DNA from: Schizochytrium sp. TIO01
Lineage: Eukaryota; Protista; Bigyra: Labyrinthulomycetes
NCBI GenBank assembly: GCA_004764695.1
Contig: SMSO01000036.1
Coordinates: 1,178,001 to 1,242,000 of the forward strand
Direction: 5' to 3'
DNA: 64,000 nucleotides
In this document: positions 31,857 to 46,000 of the stretch, one piece after another
How the letters are laid out: each line of letters starts with the position of its first letter
Numbering within the stretch: position 1 is the first letter of the stretch
The notes under the pieces: model-generated
Databases searched by the model: none
Seen by the model: only the letters and a program-made list of their open reading frames with translations
Told to the model about the DNA's origin: nothing
Program-made: the position numbers and the translations under genes

Positions 31857-31893
31857 GATTGATTTGATTTGGTTTGATTTGATTTGAATTGAT
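31857..31893. repeat. (GATTT)n pentanucleotide repeat upstream of MIC10
   Basis: gatttgatttgatttggtttgatttgatttgaattgat. Confidence 0.8.
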
Positions 31894-33027
31894 CGCTCAA
31901 TCCGAAGTTATTATATATGGAGGGCCTTGCACTCACTATGGCAAATTAGCTATAACCTACTTGTGCCAAGTTTACTCTTCTATTTACAAGTGAGTTATAC
32001 TCTGCATTATCTTCTTTGTATGTCACTGCTATTAGTATCAAGGAGATGGCAGGCGCGGGAAAGGCGCTAATTAAGCATAGATACAGGTTTAGCAAGCCGT
32101 GTTGACGAGGCTATTTACATCTACTATTGTTAAACAATGTATGCGATACTTGTAGCAGTATGTTAGGGGTAATTTGAGCGAGAAGAGCGGGGCTCTTGGA
32201 TCTTAGTGTTCTTGGTTTTGTAAAGAGTAGAGCGCTTTAAAAGTAGTATGACAAGGCGGCAGGTGTGACAAGAACTTGATTTAGTTTTAGATGGTGGAAG
32301 ATATGAAGACTTCAAACTTGTAGAAACCTGAAGGTATTCGACATCAGCTCTGAAATTGTCCGAAGGTCGCTTTGGTGGGGACCTAATCGCATGGAAAGTT
32401 TCGACAGCGGTTGCGTGATTCCTTCAATTTTGACTTTCAAGATATGATAGCGACGGAGCAAAGAAGCTCTGAGACGTAGATGACAAAAATCAAAAGATCC
32501 CTGCTTCATAATCTGAAAGGAGCTGATGGTGGAAAATCAACGCTTGGATTTTCTTCCTACTTATTAATCTCTTGGAAAGAATCCGAATTAGTGATACACA
32601 CTTCACGAAATATACTGAAGCATGGTCTCAATGGAGAAGTGATTGCGAATCCACCGTACATGATTTGTCGAGTCTCGTGAATCTTACAGACTACGCTTAG
32701 GTTGCTCTGGATCATTCAAAAGCAAAGGCTGAGAAAGGGTTTGAGGGGGAAAAAAGGGTCGTTATGCGTTAAGCATGCATGTAAGTATGTATGTGTGGTG
32801 CGCGCTGCAAGAGACATATGCGCAAGAATGCTCTGCATAGCTTTGCTTTTTGCTTTGCGCCATCTTGCGGTGAGTGCAGGGCATTTTGCCGCAAGAAGAG
32901 GCCGCCCGTCGGGGGAGCAGGAACAGAAGGCGTAGATATTGAATTGTTGTTGTCGGTAGATAGTAGCAAGTTGAATGGTTTGATCTCCAGTAAAAGTAGA
33001 TATGGAAATGTGCAAGTCACATAAGAA

Positions 33028-34263
33028 TTAGTGCTTCTCAGCATAGGGACTGATCTTGTACGAAACATAGGGAAACATCTCCTCGCCCACGCCACCGGCT
33101 GCAGCAGCCTCATCGGCCTGCATCTGCATCATACCGTGCAAGTCGTAGTGCGAGTAAAGCTTGAGAAGCTTTTCTCGAACCTTCTTCTCAAGAGTCTTCT
33201 TTTTGGGCTTGAGGAGGGCCGCAGTAAAGTTCACGGGCAGACCATATCGCAACACAGACTCTACAAAAAGGCGAATGGCCTTGACATGAACCCAAGCGAT
33301 AAAGGCATCACCGTAGTGGGTCTTACACCACTGTCCAAGCTGTACAGAGGCCTCGTTGAAGTCACGCTGGGCATGTGTGAGAGCGTCGCCCTCGCCCTCA
33401 AGGCGAGCACGCTCCAGGGCTTCGTACGCCTTGTCAAAGTCGAAGTCACGGACGAGGAAACGTGCAGACTGGGCAGCAACTTTGAACTCTTCCAGGAACT
33501 TTTTGAGAATCGTCACCAAGTAAATTACGTATCCGTCGCGATCTTTATCCTCCATAATGCGTTCCGCAGATCCAGGGACAACAGGTGAACCCTTGACGCT
33601 CTCCCGGTCTGACTCGGGTCCATACCCGACGATATCGTCGCCGAGGGTGTGGTAGGATTCGAGAAATTCCTTCTCGAGGTTCTTGCTGACCACCACCACC
33701 ACGGTCTTGAGGTAGTGCGAGTCGTGCATCATCTCGGGGCTAACCTTGGGGGCGAGTACATCGTTGAGGTCACATACCATGAGGTTTCCTCCCTTCTGGC
33801 GCTCTAAAGCCTGCATGCGCTGCCTGCGCTCCTGCACGAAACCAGCGCTCTCCTTCAGCTCTGCTTCAGTCTTGTTAGCAGCCTGTACGATCTGCCTCAC
33901 GAGTTCATCCACCGGTCGTTGCGTAGGGTACTTTGCGGCATTCCAGCGGAAGTTCTCTACGTACTGCATCGGTGGAGCTCCTTCAACTGTGAGAATTTCG
34001 TTGTTCACATTCAATTCCTGATGCTGTCGCTCGATCTTGCGAATCACCTGCTCCACATTCAGGTCCACCTTCGAGAGAGCATCACCAGACGCCATCAGCT
34101 TCTCTAGCGTGCCCACACGCAGCTCCGGCATCTCAAACCGAAACACATCTGCGCAGTCCGAAGTCGCGTTCGACAGCTTCGACAGGCTCGCCCTCGACGC
34201 AGAATCGTCTCCTGGCGTGGGCTCGCCTTCATTGCGCGTCGAAATCAAAATGTACTCGTCCAT
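33028..34263 (-). CDS. ATP6V1C: V-type proton ATPase subunit C
   Basis: FEMPELRVGTLEKLM, FRWNAAKYP, VVPGSA, FIAWVHVKAIRLFVESVLRYGLPVNF, FPYVSY; ATG at 34263. Confidence 0.96.
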   Translation of the reverse strand: MDEYILISTRNEGEPTPGDDSASRASLSKLSNATSDCADVFRFEMPELRVGTLEKLMASGDALSKVDLNVEQVIRKIERQHQELNVNNEILTVEGAPPMQYVENFRWNAAKYPTQRPVDELVRQIVQAANKTEAELKESAGFVQERRQRMQALERQKGGNLMVCDLNDVLAPKVSPEMMHDSHYLKTVVVVVSKNLEKEFLESYHTLGDDIVGYGPESDRESVKGSPVVPGSAERIMEDKDRDGYVIYLVTILKKFLEEFKVAAQSARFLVRDFDFDKAYEALERARLEGEGDALTHAQRDFNEASVQLGQWCKTHYGDAFIAWVHVKAIRLFVESVLRYGLPVNFTAALLKPKKKTLEKKVREKLLKLYSHYDLHGMMQMQADEAAAAGGVGEEMFPYVSYKISPYAEKH

Positions 34264-34700
34264 CCTCTCAAAAAAGCACAAGCTTCAGCACACCCGTTGG
34301 CTGGCCCGCTCGTTGTGGGCGTGCTAGACGGCGGCGGATACTGCGCTTTGGTGAGTCTCTCTGTTTTGGCTTCTTTTGTCGCTAGCGCTCGATCTGGCTG
34401 GATGGCGCGGGTCGGGTGGCTGGCCCGGTGAGTCGACGCAGAGGAGGGGCGCGTACACCTGAGCTTGAAGGAAAGGGTCGCAGCGAAGATCCTCGCACCG
34501 CCGCCCAAGCGACGTGCAGCTTCTGCTTCTTCGACGTCTGCCGATGCTAAGATGGACTCTGTCTCTGTCTCTCTATCTGATTATTGTTATTATTGATAAA
34601 TAATCTTTTTATCTTTCTTTCTCATCAACACAATGATCCTCTTTTCCTACTCCTATTCCCAATAGGTAGTACCTAACCAAAACTAGTTAGTACTATTCAA

Positions 34701-34757
34701 GTTTTTAATTTTTTTTTTTTTTTTTAGTTTTTTTTTAATTTTTAATTTTATTTTTTT
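34701..34757. repeat. Interrupted poly(T) low-complexity tract
   Basis: Several T runs separated by AA/AG. Confidence 0.8.
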
Positions 34758-36030
34758 AAATCAAATATGCAAAAAGCCCTCTTTATTACCTTATCTTTAT
34801 CTAGTATCTTTCAAGTTATCTTTGAGTTATCTTCGAGTCTGTCTTTTTCTTTAACTCCTTAACTACAAATGAAATAAAAATGCATACGTACATATTTCTA
34901 GAGTATCTGGTATCTTGGTCTAAGCATAAACTAATAACTTGTTGATAATCTTCTTTTGCAAAACTTCTTCTTCATAATGATTGATCATGTCGATGTCAGG
35001 GGTGACCCGTAGACGCGCGTTTACATTGTCATCGTCGGGCTTTTGGACACGTGGCGATAAGGTTTTGACTCCACTCCCGGAGCTGTGCATTCTTTCTTGG
35101 AAAAAAGGCATGTGCTGCCAGCTCGTATGGACTTCTTCAGAATTTGCATTTTTGGAGTCTGTCAACAGTTATGCATAGTTGACTCTAATACTATCTAACC
35201 ACTTCTACACTTTACAATCAAAATAATTCGATTGATCTCTACCTTTATGGTTCATTAAACAAAACAAAAGAAGAAGTCTAAGTCTAATGATGGTTGCTTC
35301 AATACCATAGTATACATTTTATTGGAAACAAGGTTAAAGCATTATGTTTCACTTTCAGAAGGTTATTCTATACTGTGCGGGGGGCAACTTTAGGAGTTTA
35401 TAGCAGCTTTGGGCTAGAACGGAGACTGAAGAGCGCAGAGTAGCTTCGTACAAAGGGTAAACGATGCGACTTGAGTGCAAACATAGCCTTAAGGAGAATA
35501 CAGAGCAGGTGAAGACGTAGTCGAAATCTAGGCAAAAAAGAATAGTTTTGGACAGAGTATTGCGGATTTGAAGGCAGACAAGTATTGATCTATTGTTTTG
35601 CTCTTATAGGAGAAGGAGGAATGGGAAAGATTCTTCTCCGAGTCTCAGGAACAGTGTATTAAACTTGTATACGTTGTTCAAAGGAGTAGTACGTTCTAAA
35701 GAAGACAAAATAGCTGTCTTACTTGCACGACCGTGTCCAAAATTTATGTTTTGAAGCCTAGTTCGACAATGGTGGGTCCAGAGCATTGCATAAAAGTGGG
35801 GCTTTCTTCATATTTCCCATTATCACCCCGAGGGAAGAACAAGCTCTGTTGATGCACCAATCTTTCGCATACTCTATTGGTGATGTGCTGATTGCTTGGT
35901 TATCTGTGACTATCGGGAGTTAGTTGTCGCTTGTATTGCAATCCACCGTGGAAATTAGGACTGTGATGCCTCACAGACCAGATTTGGCAGCGGCCAAAAG
36001 CAAACTACATATCTCAGAGGCGGCGATTCT

Positions 36031-36809
36031 ATGGCACTCACTATGCAATCCTTTATGAACTTTGCGAACAAAGTGGCCACCGGCACGCTTTTTGATGCTG
36101 CCCCGACGAACGATGAAGAGCGCAGGGCAACAATTGAGAAAATGTTTGCATCCTACAAGGCCAAGTCCTTTCCAAACGTCCACGATGCTGAGCCTAAAGA
36201 AATCCAGAAAGATCTAGAGGCCAAAGCTGATGCAGATGACGCTGAGGCGAAAAACAAGCCCGTTCTTGTAGACTGTCGACCTAAAGGAGAGCAGGTTTCT
36301 AGTGTCCCAGGCTCTATTCGTGAGGAGGACCTGAAAGTCCAAGATGTACCCAAAGACACAGAGATCGTGCTGTATTGTACTGTTGGGTACCGATCTGGTG
36401 TAAAAGCTGCACAGCTTCAGAAGGAGTATCCTGACCATAAGTTTGCAAACCTCAAAGGGGGGATTTTACTTGTAAGTTGATTTATTTATTTTCTCGTTTG
36501 CATAGCCGCGAGAAACGCACTTAAAAGGAGTTTGCAACTAACATCCTGCGAAATATTGTGGTGGGCGTAAATTGATTCTTTTTTTCTAAATAGTGGGCTC
36601 ATGATGTTGGCAAGGTCGTTGACGGCCAAGGCAAAGACACCAAAACCATTCATGTCTATGGTAAAGCGTGGGATTTTCTTCCTGACGGATGGACCTCTGT
36701 TATGGGGGAGCCAGACAAACTCGAGGTGCTTACTGCCCCTCAGCCAAAAAAGGAAATTGTGCCCCCTCAAGATTCAATCGAGGCTACAGTAAATTCAACT
36801 TCTACTTAA
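36031..36809 (+). CDS. Single-domain rhodanese-like sulfurtransferase; two exons (36031-36471, 36594-36809)
   Basis: VLVDCR...SSVPGS, active-site YCTVGYRS, NLKGGILL. GTAAGT donor at 36472, CTAAC branch-like site at ~36538, polypyrimidine tract and TAG acceptor at 36593. Splicing restores GGILL-WAH...IHVYGKAW. Confidence 0.88.
36472..36593 (+). other. Spliceosomal GT-AG intron (122 nt, phase 0)
   Basis: Canonical splice sites; removal completes the rhodanese C-terminal motif in frame. Confidence 0.85.
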
Positions 36810-37081
36810 ACTTGTATTCCAACTCTCATAAATAATATTTGTGTTCGCTCAACAAGAGTTTGAGATCATCTAAAAGTAATTATTGCAAAAATGTAAAACC
36901 TTCAAGCATTCCAAAACTTTTTAACGTAGAATGTGAAATTATATGCAATGTCAAAAAAAATGCAATTGACGGATATCTGAAGATTTTGTCACGACCTTGC
37001 ATAATCAAAGAAGATGAAACAGGAGTGCTGAAAAAGCAATGATTATAATTTTTACTTTATTCTTTTTTCTGTTTGTTTTTC

Positions 37082-40000
37082 TTATGAAGAAAGGGGCGGC
37101 TCTAGCAGTAGAGCAACTGATCTATTGATCCAATGGTTAACAGTATCCGTCGACTTGATTGGAAGATTAACCATCATTACAAAGTTTGAAGAACGACCTG
37201 TTGTAGCAAGCACACCTCGGCGGTCTGGAGTTCTGTACAAAGGACATGCATACGTTTTGTACTGTTCAGCTTCTTTAGTTGCAATCAGACTACCTGGAAG
37301 TAAGTGTATGATTGGAGCAGATGCATAAAGCTCACGAGGCCTACATTCAGCTACTGTATGGGTCTCAACATCCCAAATCGCGCCTTGAAGATACATTCCA
37401 TCGACATATGCCCCGTCATCAGGAGCAGATTCAAGGGTTACATCCTTCGGGTCATCTTTGATCTCGAAAAAGAAGTCAATCGTGTCTATTGGAAGCTTGT
37501 GTCGACGGGCATAGTTTTGAAGAATGGCAGTGTTGAAAGATTGTGTAAAGAAAAACCCGGATATCCAAAAAACGGCAGGTGGCCCTTTATTAACCCATTC
37601 TGTAAGGAACACAAGCCGCTCAAACAGGTCCGTGATGTACCCCGCAAGGTTACGTAAAGAGGGGTATGACCTGCTTATCCAAAGCTGAGGGACCTTACCA
37701 TCTACTAACGCAAAAAAGACTTGTTCAAGCTCCGCGCTCATGACTACAAGGCCTTGTGTAGCTTTGATAAGGTTTTGCAAGCTATCACGGATCACATCCG
37801 TCAGCACGTTGTATCTTCCAAGTTCTTGAGTAAGAACAGTATTCATACTCTCTTCATAAACCACTGGGTATTTTTCTTGGGCTGCTTCCACATCAAATCG
37901 AGGAGGTAATCGATCCAATATTGATTCTGCAAGTTCTTCCACCATTCGTTCTGTACTTCCAGTTTGCGCCCCACCTTCTGCGCGAGGCTGCGTAGCTTGA
38001 ATCGCTTGGAAGAGTTCGACGGTTTCCTGCTGGGCACGAGTAATATCAGCATTCATGTCCAGCCCAAACACTTCAGGACTGGCTTCTGCAGGAAGTGAGC
38101 GCAGAATTTCAATGTAAGCCGCATGGGAAGTAGGCCGAGGCACAGCATATGCCTTACATGAAGAAAGTGCATAATCTTCGACTTCAACAACATCTGAATT
38201 CATGAAGGACCGTAGTAAAGAATCTAAAAGTCGACGATCTTGGTCATCAGTTACACGTCCACCATAGTTACATGCTCCAATGGTATACACAAGTGCTTTA
38301 AACGGAAGCTCCTCTCCCTCTGAGTCCTCAAGAAACATGCGCAGATGACGAACAGAGATTCGCAAATCATCCTCATTAAAGCCATAAGGAACATTCCAAC
38401 CTAGCGCTCCAAAGCTGCGCCTCTCTTGAATCACAGCATGAAAGAAACAAAGTCCAAATACCAGGCGCTTGAATTCTCGAGCCCTACCAGGCGTACATGT
38501 CTCGAAGAACTCAGAGTCTGAAATTGGATCCGTAAAATAAGACCGCACTAAGTTTGCGCGCAAACCTTTCGGTGGCTCATTAGTCATCTTTACACCACTC
38601 TGAAGAATGGATACAGGCATCTTCTCCGAGGGATAAGATGTGAGCCATAAGCGAAACTCAGGAGATGGAGCGTGCGAACCATGCGGTTGCTGATGCTGGT
38701 TTTGGTACAATTGAGTTACACGCTCCATAATTTGTTCAAGTTTAGGCATCCAGCTTGGGTACAAGTGACAGTTTTGTAAGACCACCCAAGCTCCAGTTTC
38801 AATTCCTCGATCAATCATTCTTTCCGCGATAACACCTTGACCTTGCCCAAGCGAAAGTGAAGTAAGAGATATACTCAGACCAGTTGCAAATTTGTTAAGA
38901 GCTGCCATGGGGTCGGACCCTGGCGACAAAACAAATATTAGAGGAGTTGTTGGTTTTGAGTCCCGCCAGCATGCCTCAAGATCAAATCGTGGAGGTTCTA
39001 CGAAGGCTGGTCCCATCATTTTTACAACATAGTTTGTTACAGCCGGAACCACGCGATCAGGTCGCAGGCAACGCAGTAAGCAGAGTTTCAGCATTTCATC
39101 TTCCTTGAATAGGGAAGGAATTGCGAAATCTGCTTCTGGCTGCGGGTTTTCGAAGAAAGCTTGCCATATTGATCTCTCAGTGGACATGGAGTCGCGAAGT
39201 GCAGTTTCTCTTTCTTCGTCTTGCATTCCTATTGCCTCACACAACAGATCAAAAGCAGACCATGCTGCTTCAGGAAGCCATGACTCCCACTGATTCTCTG
39301 GTGGTTCTGAGCCGGTTCGCACAGGTCCAGTGACTAGAAAACGAAAAAGAGTAGGAGAGACATCCTTGCTGTGTAAACGCACGCAAAGCAGGAAAGAGAA
39401 TAGTAGCTTGTCGTTTTCAAATAAAGATCGGCAAATATTGCGATACAACGAATCTGTGAAATGAATTTCCAATATCTCAAGTCGTCTTTCAATAGAGGCA
39501 GGGTCCGAACCTTCTTGCTTTTCCGAATTTTCAATACTGGCAACATAAAGATCTACAAACCAGCTCAATGAGTACTGGTACATTGGGTCAACGAATGCTA
39601 AATCACTACAACAGAAGAACATTGTCGCAGCGCAGCGGGCAATAGGTACATAACTCTGACGAGCGGCGTCAATCTCTGCCGATGTTGCTGTTGCCACCTT
39701 CTGTTTCTCAGAGATTTCTTTTGCTACTGCTTGCGATTTACTCAACACCTCGATTGCAGAGGCATCTTCAAGGATATTACCTTCTGAACTCGACATGACC
39801 TTAAGAATTTTGTCTTCGATATCCCGAAGCATTTCCTGGTTCTTGGAGGTCTCAATGATAAGCTCACTCTTTTCTCGTTCCAGATCCGGTCTTTCTCTAG
39901 CAACAACAATGCCAAGCATCTGGTCTTCTAGGCCTACAGGAGTAATCATAAAATTCAATAAAGTCACTTTGACGCTCACCTCTGGGAGATAGTGAGGGTT

Positions 40001-43000
40001 TCGCAATTTGGTGGTCATATAGAAGCGAAAGTTTTCAGAATATTCAACAGTTGCATCACCGAGTTTAATACTTGGCACACCGCCTTTCTTAAATACTTGC
40101 TTCAAAAGAAGCGGCTCCAGCGCGGCTGGCAATGTCTCGTCAAGATTTTCGAGGAGAACAGGGCGCCCAAATTGCACAGCATTTTCCATGGTTCTTAGGT
40201 AGTTTGCGTCGCTCAGCTTACAAACTTTAAGTTCATTATCTGCCTCCATATTACGAATCCACTTGTTTGCTTGACCTTGTGGATCAATCATCAGAGGCCA
40301 ACGACGAGAATTGTTCAATATAATACCATTTTCGATGCTGTATTCATCTACTGGTAAGCCTTGAACAGTCCAATTGCGAATTTTCACAGGATCGCCAAGA
40401 GTTTGTACAAGATTCATCTCCTCTGCATTGGAACACGGTATATTCATTGTCAAGGCCTCTTTAATCCATGCCGCCGTAATCTCACGCCGATAGACTACCG
40501 TAAAAGGACCTAAATAAGCTACCATTCCGGAGCAAACAAGCACATTGCCGATTAACTTTCCCAGGAGGTCTCGCAGCCGAGCAGCTTCTTCTGACCAGCG
40601 AGCTTTCTCGCCACCTAGACCAGATATCAGTTTCTCTGCTCGATCAAGTTTTGCAGAACAATCTTTAACCTGATTTTCGAGCTCAAGCTTTCGCTCTTTG
40701 CATTGCTCAAGCTGTCGGGCAAGGCCGGCGACACGGTTCTCAATCTTGTTCAGTTCAGCTTGCTTTTCACGGAGGCCTGTCATAACTGTTTCAAGCTCTT
40801 GCTCGGCCTCTGCAAGAGCAGCACGTTTTGGAGCTACAACCTTTGCGACGGCATCATATTGAACCATGGCCCGAATCCAGCAGCAAAGTCCATATGCTGC
40901 ACGTGAAGCTTTCTTGATTTTCTCAGGATCAAAATCAGGGTTTTCCACATAAGACTGTGCCTTTTGCACAATCTTGGGATCAATGTTGTCCTTATCATAA
41001 TCAATCAATATGTTCAGCAATTTTGGGTCCGAAAGCAGGGTCTTTTTAGCAGGTTCCCAATAATCATTAACTTTCTTTGAAGCATCATTGGGATCCTTCG
41101 TCTTGATAGGTTTGACATTCATCATAATGCAAAGTGCTTCCATAACTAGTTTGACGCCATCAGGAGGAGATTTCATTGCTTTTACCTCAGTGATATCGTT
41201 CTTACTCAAAGTGTTCAAAGCTACAATTGCAGCTTCGAGAATAGGCATTGCCTCTGCCAAATCTGCTTCGCACTCATCCTTGATACCCTTTGCATTCAAA
41301 GCCTTTTCTGTAGCGAATGCCTCCTCTTTTTTAACAACTTTTGCAATCTTGTCTGCCTCGGTTTGTTCTTTCTGTACAGTCGTCATCATTTCCTCAGTTT
41401 GCTTTGTCGTTTTCACGAGAACGGGCTGTAAGTCCTGAAGTTCCTTTTGCATTCCTTGGACGGAATCCTCAGTAAACTGAAGCTTCTGCAAACCCACTTC
41501 GTAGCGGCGCAAAGTCTGCTCAACCTGACCACGCTTAAAGGACAACATGGTTTTAAATGTGTTGATTAACTCCAGATACGATGTGGGTGTCACATAGTAG
41601 TGCCTGCGGAGTTCCTGCATGAATCTTGTAGCATAACTGGCAGTACTTAGATGAAACTTTTGGCACAATGCAACACACTTGGCTTTTAAAAGATCGTCTG
41701 TCTCTGTCCCAAGGTCGTCCAGGAATCGTTCTGCAACTGAGGTCAACGCATCCTGGGGCCACTCGCTAAACCAGTCGATAACGCAGCAATTCACCAACGA
41801 AGGAAATCGTCGAATACGTGCTCGAAATGCATCGCCAATAGGACTAAATGCCAGAACAAGGTGCAAGTGCTTGCGAACCCGTTCCACAACAAATGCATAC
41901 AAGCTCTCCGGGGTATCTACATTACGCTTTTCCGCTTTCGCTGCAGGTCTAGCTAGCTCGCAAATCTCCGCTTTCTCATCTGCAGCAAGCATATTTGGTA
42001 CCTCACCAGAGTTCAATAAACTGTTGATGTCTTCTACAAAAGATTCATCCTTTATTTGCGCATCACTCAACAAGAAAACTGTGCTTTGGCCTCGTCCTCC
42101 AGAGAGTGCTAGCACACGTCGAAGATCGCCGTGCCAATCTGCAACTCCATAGTTACGACTCAACTCAATTTGGAAGACTTCATAGTCTCTAATTGATGCC
42201 GCTAGCCTCGTCAAGGACTGGCGCCCTGACCCACCAACACCAACCAAAAGCGCGTTGCCTCCTGGAATGCCAATTATACGGCAAATGCGCACGGTATGCT
42301 CAATCGCATAGAGGAACATAACAAGGTTCATCGGTTTAGCAGATAAGGTGTTATATTCCTCGAGCTTTGTCTCGCACAGCGACTTCAGTTGAGCAAGGTC
42401 AACGATCTGCTCATACGATGCGGAGTGTAGACTACCAAATAAAACGCGCCTCGCTGTAGTCCAATTAGCTTCACTTACACGGAATGAACCGGACGAAGTT
42501 ACCATGCCTGTAGAATCATCAGCAAGATGTTTGAATGTCTCATCAAATGTTTTCCCGAAGTGGGTCTTCATAGCAGGACTCATCATTGATCCCACCAAAC
42601 GATCACGATCCTGTTTATCAACTAAACGATCTCCAAAAATTCTCAATGTCTCATGTGCCCATAGCCGAGCTATTGTACTAGCAACTTCCTCCGGTTTCCC
42701 TCCGGCTTCACCTGCCTTGAATAGAGTCATACCTTGAATTACTCTACTTACGTCGCGGAGGTTAAACAGATAGTGTGATTTCGATGGGGTGGGAAGGAGT
42801 TCTTTAATACTTTGCTTGTAAACATCCATGGTGGCTTGTACTGCACTCTGCCCTGCATGCAGAATAGCAGTGCCATTGCAGCCTTGGTTTGTCAGGCTCC
42901 AGCGCATGAGGTTCGAAAAAATGCGAAGCATGGAAGACTCCTCGAACTCAGTTACTCCAACTATGTGAAAGTGACGGATGAAACGAGGTGAAATGTGGTT

Positions 43001-46000
43001 ACGACCTCCGCCTGGTGGGCCCATGGCTGCAACATAAAAGCAATCCACAATATTGCGAAAGCTCAAGTCCTTAAAATCGTACCAGCCACCATACTTCATC
43101 CCTTGCCGCAAAAGTTCGAGAGGTGGCTGAGCTCCATATGTTTCAGGCTGCGGCATATTCACATCATCAAGGAATATCACACACTTACGTCCTAAAGCTG
43201 GTCCAAAGACACCCTTCCGGCGACGATCAAGGCTACTGTCAATGATACTTTGAACCTGTGTCGATGATGTTTGAGCTGAAAAGCCTAGCATGAGAACTTT
43301 ATATGCTTCGGTATTGAGCTCATTAAGTAAAAATTGTGAAGTGTATGCTGATTTTCCAGTGCCAGTTGGACCTACAAAGAGCAATGCTCTCGATTGCTGA
43401 ATAGCTAATCTCAATAAGTAGGTGTAACGTGAGGTGTCTTTAGTTGGAACAATTATTGAAGAATAGTCGGCGTCTTTAGGAAAAGATGGCTGCTGCTCGA
43501 GATTTGATGTCCATAGTTTCCATTCACAAATACCCCGCTCATTGTCGGTTGAAACAAAGTAGTCATAGATCGACTCATCTTTGGGCAATGGATGCGAAAG
43601 CACCTGTTGAGTTCCCCCTGAAGATTTACCAGGTCCTGAAGCTGCCGTAAACTTTCGTAAGAAAATATCAAACGCCTCTCGACCAGCTGCATTTGCAGAG
43701 CCACCAATAGACCAAATGAATGAGAAAATTGTAATAACTTCGATCCACTTGGAAGGAACTGTTGCACCTTTAGGGGTAAGCTCAAGTACTAAGGTTTCGA
43801 ACAATTGAGTTAGTGCCCGTACAAGCATCAGATCCGAGGTTGGGGCCAGCTCGACAATATTCTTACGCACAAAGTGAAGACATGGGTCAATAAGCCAATC
43901 AAATAACCTTTGAACTGATTCGCGACCCTCTTCATCAATCACTTCACGCATTGTTTTAAGCCAAGCTTCTACCATAGGACGCCAGCCTAATTTGTCGGGC
44001 TCCATGTACACCATACCACACCGCGACACTGTGGCTGGCGAGGCTACTGCTAAATCCATGGGCTCGAACATCATGTTCATGTACTCTGACATTGCAATGA
44101 TCTCACCACTCATGAGGCAAAGCTTTTTGTTGTCATCTAGAACAGTGTTCAGGTTTTCAATCCATACCGCATCAACGGGACCATCAAAGAGAACCCACTT
44201 TCGGCGTTCATCTGTTGCTTTGCTTGCATCACGGAACGTCTTTGCTAAAACTCCATCTGACCATTCGTGCGAAACAAGATCAAAACATCCATAAAGCTGC
44301 TGCATGGTGACTGCTTTGGGGTTCATTTGAAATACATCCGTAGCAAGCTCATGCTCTGCAAGTTTGCATGGCATCTGACTTCGTTCAGAAAGAGTTGTAA
44401 GAGTTTGAGCCAGGACTTTCCAGCTCATTGTTTTGCCTGCTAATGGAGGGCCAACGATCATAAGACCATGCCGGACAATAAGCATTTCGTAAAGCTGAAT
44501 CACTTTCTCCATAAAAGCTGGTACAGGCTCAATATTAATGGCTGTGTCTGCACAGGCAAGCTGCGCAGCAGATCTAAGGTGATCATAATCTGGATCAGGA
44601 AGAACTACTCCTGGAAATAGATCTGAGATGATACCCTTAAATAAAGGAATATCTTGACTCAGAAATTTGGCCAAGTTTACATCACATATAGAGCGAAGAA
44701 CAATTACGGATTCATTTTCATCTTGAAATTGCTGTTTGAGGGCGCCTGCAGCTTTCAATACACTGATCACAGCACGCATACCATAGTCGTAGTGATCTTG
44801 AGACGAGAGTTGCTCACTGCATAGCTTGTATGTTGTCACGATCTTATTTGCCAGATTTCGTGAATCAGCATATCCATAACTGAAAAGAATAATCTCTGCA
44901 ATCATACTATAATCTGGAACCATCATAGCAACGGTACGAAACAAAGCCTTTAAGTTGTCAGGAAGCTCCGAGCGCCCAGCATATCCTGGGTTCATGGTGA
45001 TGAAGACGTTTGCTGTCCAGCGTAATTTGATTTGAGTACCTTCAAACTCAAACATGTGCACCTGTGCTGCTATAGCACCCTGAATGCAGGATATTTGCTG
45101 TGCAATAACTGATAACACTTCAAGTTCAATACGATTAAACTCATCAAAACATGCCCATGCTCCACTCGACGCCAAGCCTTTAAAGAATTTGGCCATTGCA
45201 AGATAGTCCAAACCGTCTGAACAATTGAAAACCACACATTGGCGGGCTAAAGCCTTAGCAAGATCCTTCACAGTTTCTGTTTTCCCAGTTCCAGCCGGCC
45301 CTTCGGGTGCTCCACCATACTGCAAATGAAGTGCACCCATAAGTGTACGATAGCACCTGTCTGTCAATGGCGTGATGACAAGACGTGATGAATTACCCAA
45401 ATATTCGTAACCATATTCTAATGAAGAGGCAATGATTTTGACTGCCAAGGTGTCGTCCTCCCAATAGTAGCGTAATTGACTTGTCCAGTCGAAGTCCTGA
45501 ACAGAGTTCACTTTGGCACTTGCCAATTGATTGACGACATCACGAGCATGGACATCAATAACAGCCAGCGCTGAAAGTGTTGCTCGTTCTAGCTTACTTA
45601 ACTCTCCACGAACGAGTGTCACAAGGCTAGAAAGTTGATGACTTAATCGCTGCTCGTAGGAAACGAGACCTGCGGTCCCACGATTGCGAAGCTCTGATTC
45701 TACTTCTTGAGTCCAAAATGTTGAACCAACAGCTAAAATAACTTGGCCAGGCCAATCAAGAATCCAGCGACCCCGAGGCTTTGTTGGATAGTCCGTAATG
45801 GCCTCTTTTGTGAAAAAGCGAACCGTTCGACACATTTCCTCTTCAAGCTGAAGAAGCCACACCTCTACAGCTCCTTTAGCCTCATGAGGTGCAATTTCTG
45901 TGGTCAACTTGACACTTTCATTCTCTGAGCTGATCATGTTTGCTATAATGGGTTGACCCTCCTCGTTGCTTCGAAAACGTAACGATTTGATTCCTTCAAA

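Noticed and set aside
32290-32740. Coding-like intergenic segment between MIC10 and V-ATPase C
   Set aside because: Stops in all frames and no recognisable motif; cannot support a call.
34920-35178. Short ORFs next to a poly(T) tract (possible retrocopy)
   Set aside because: No recognisable protein similarity and no TSD.
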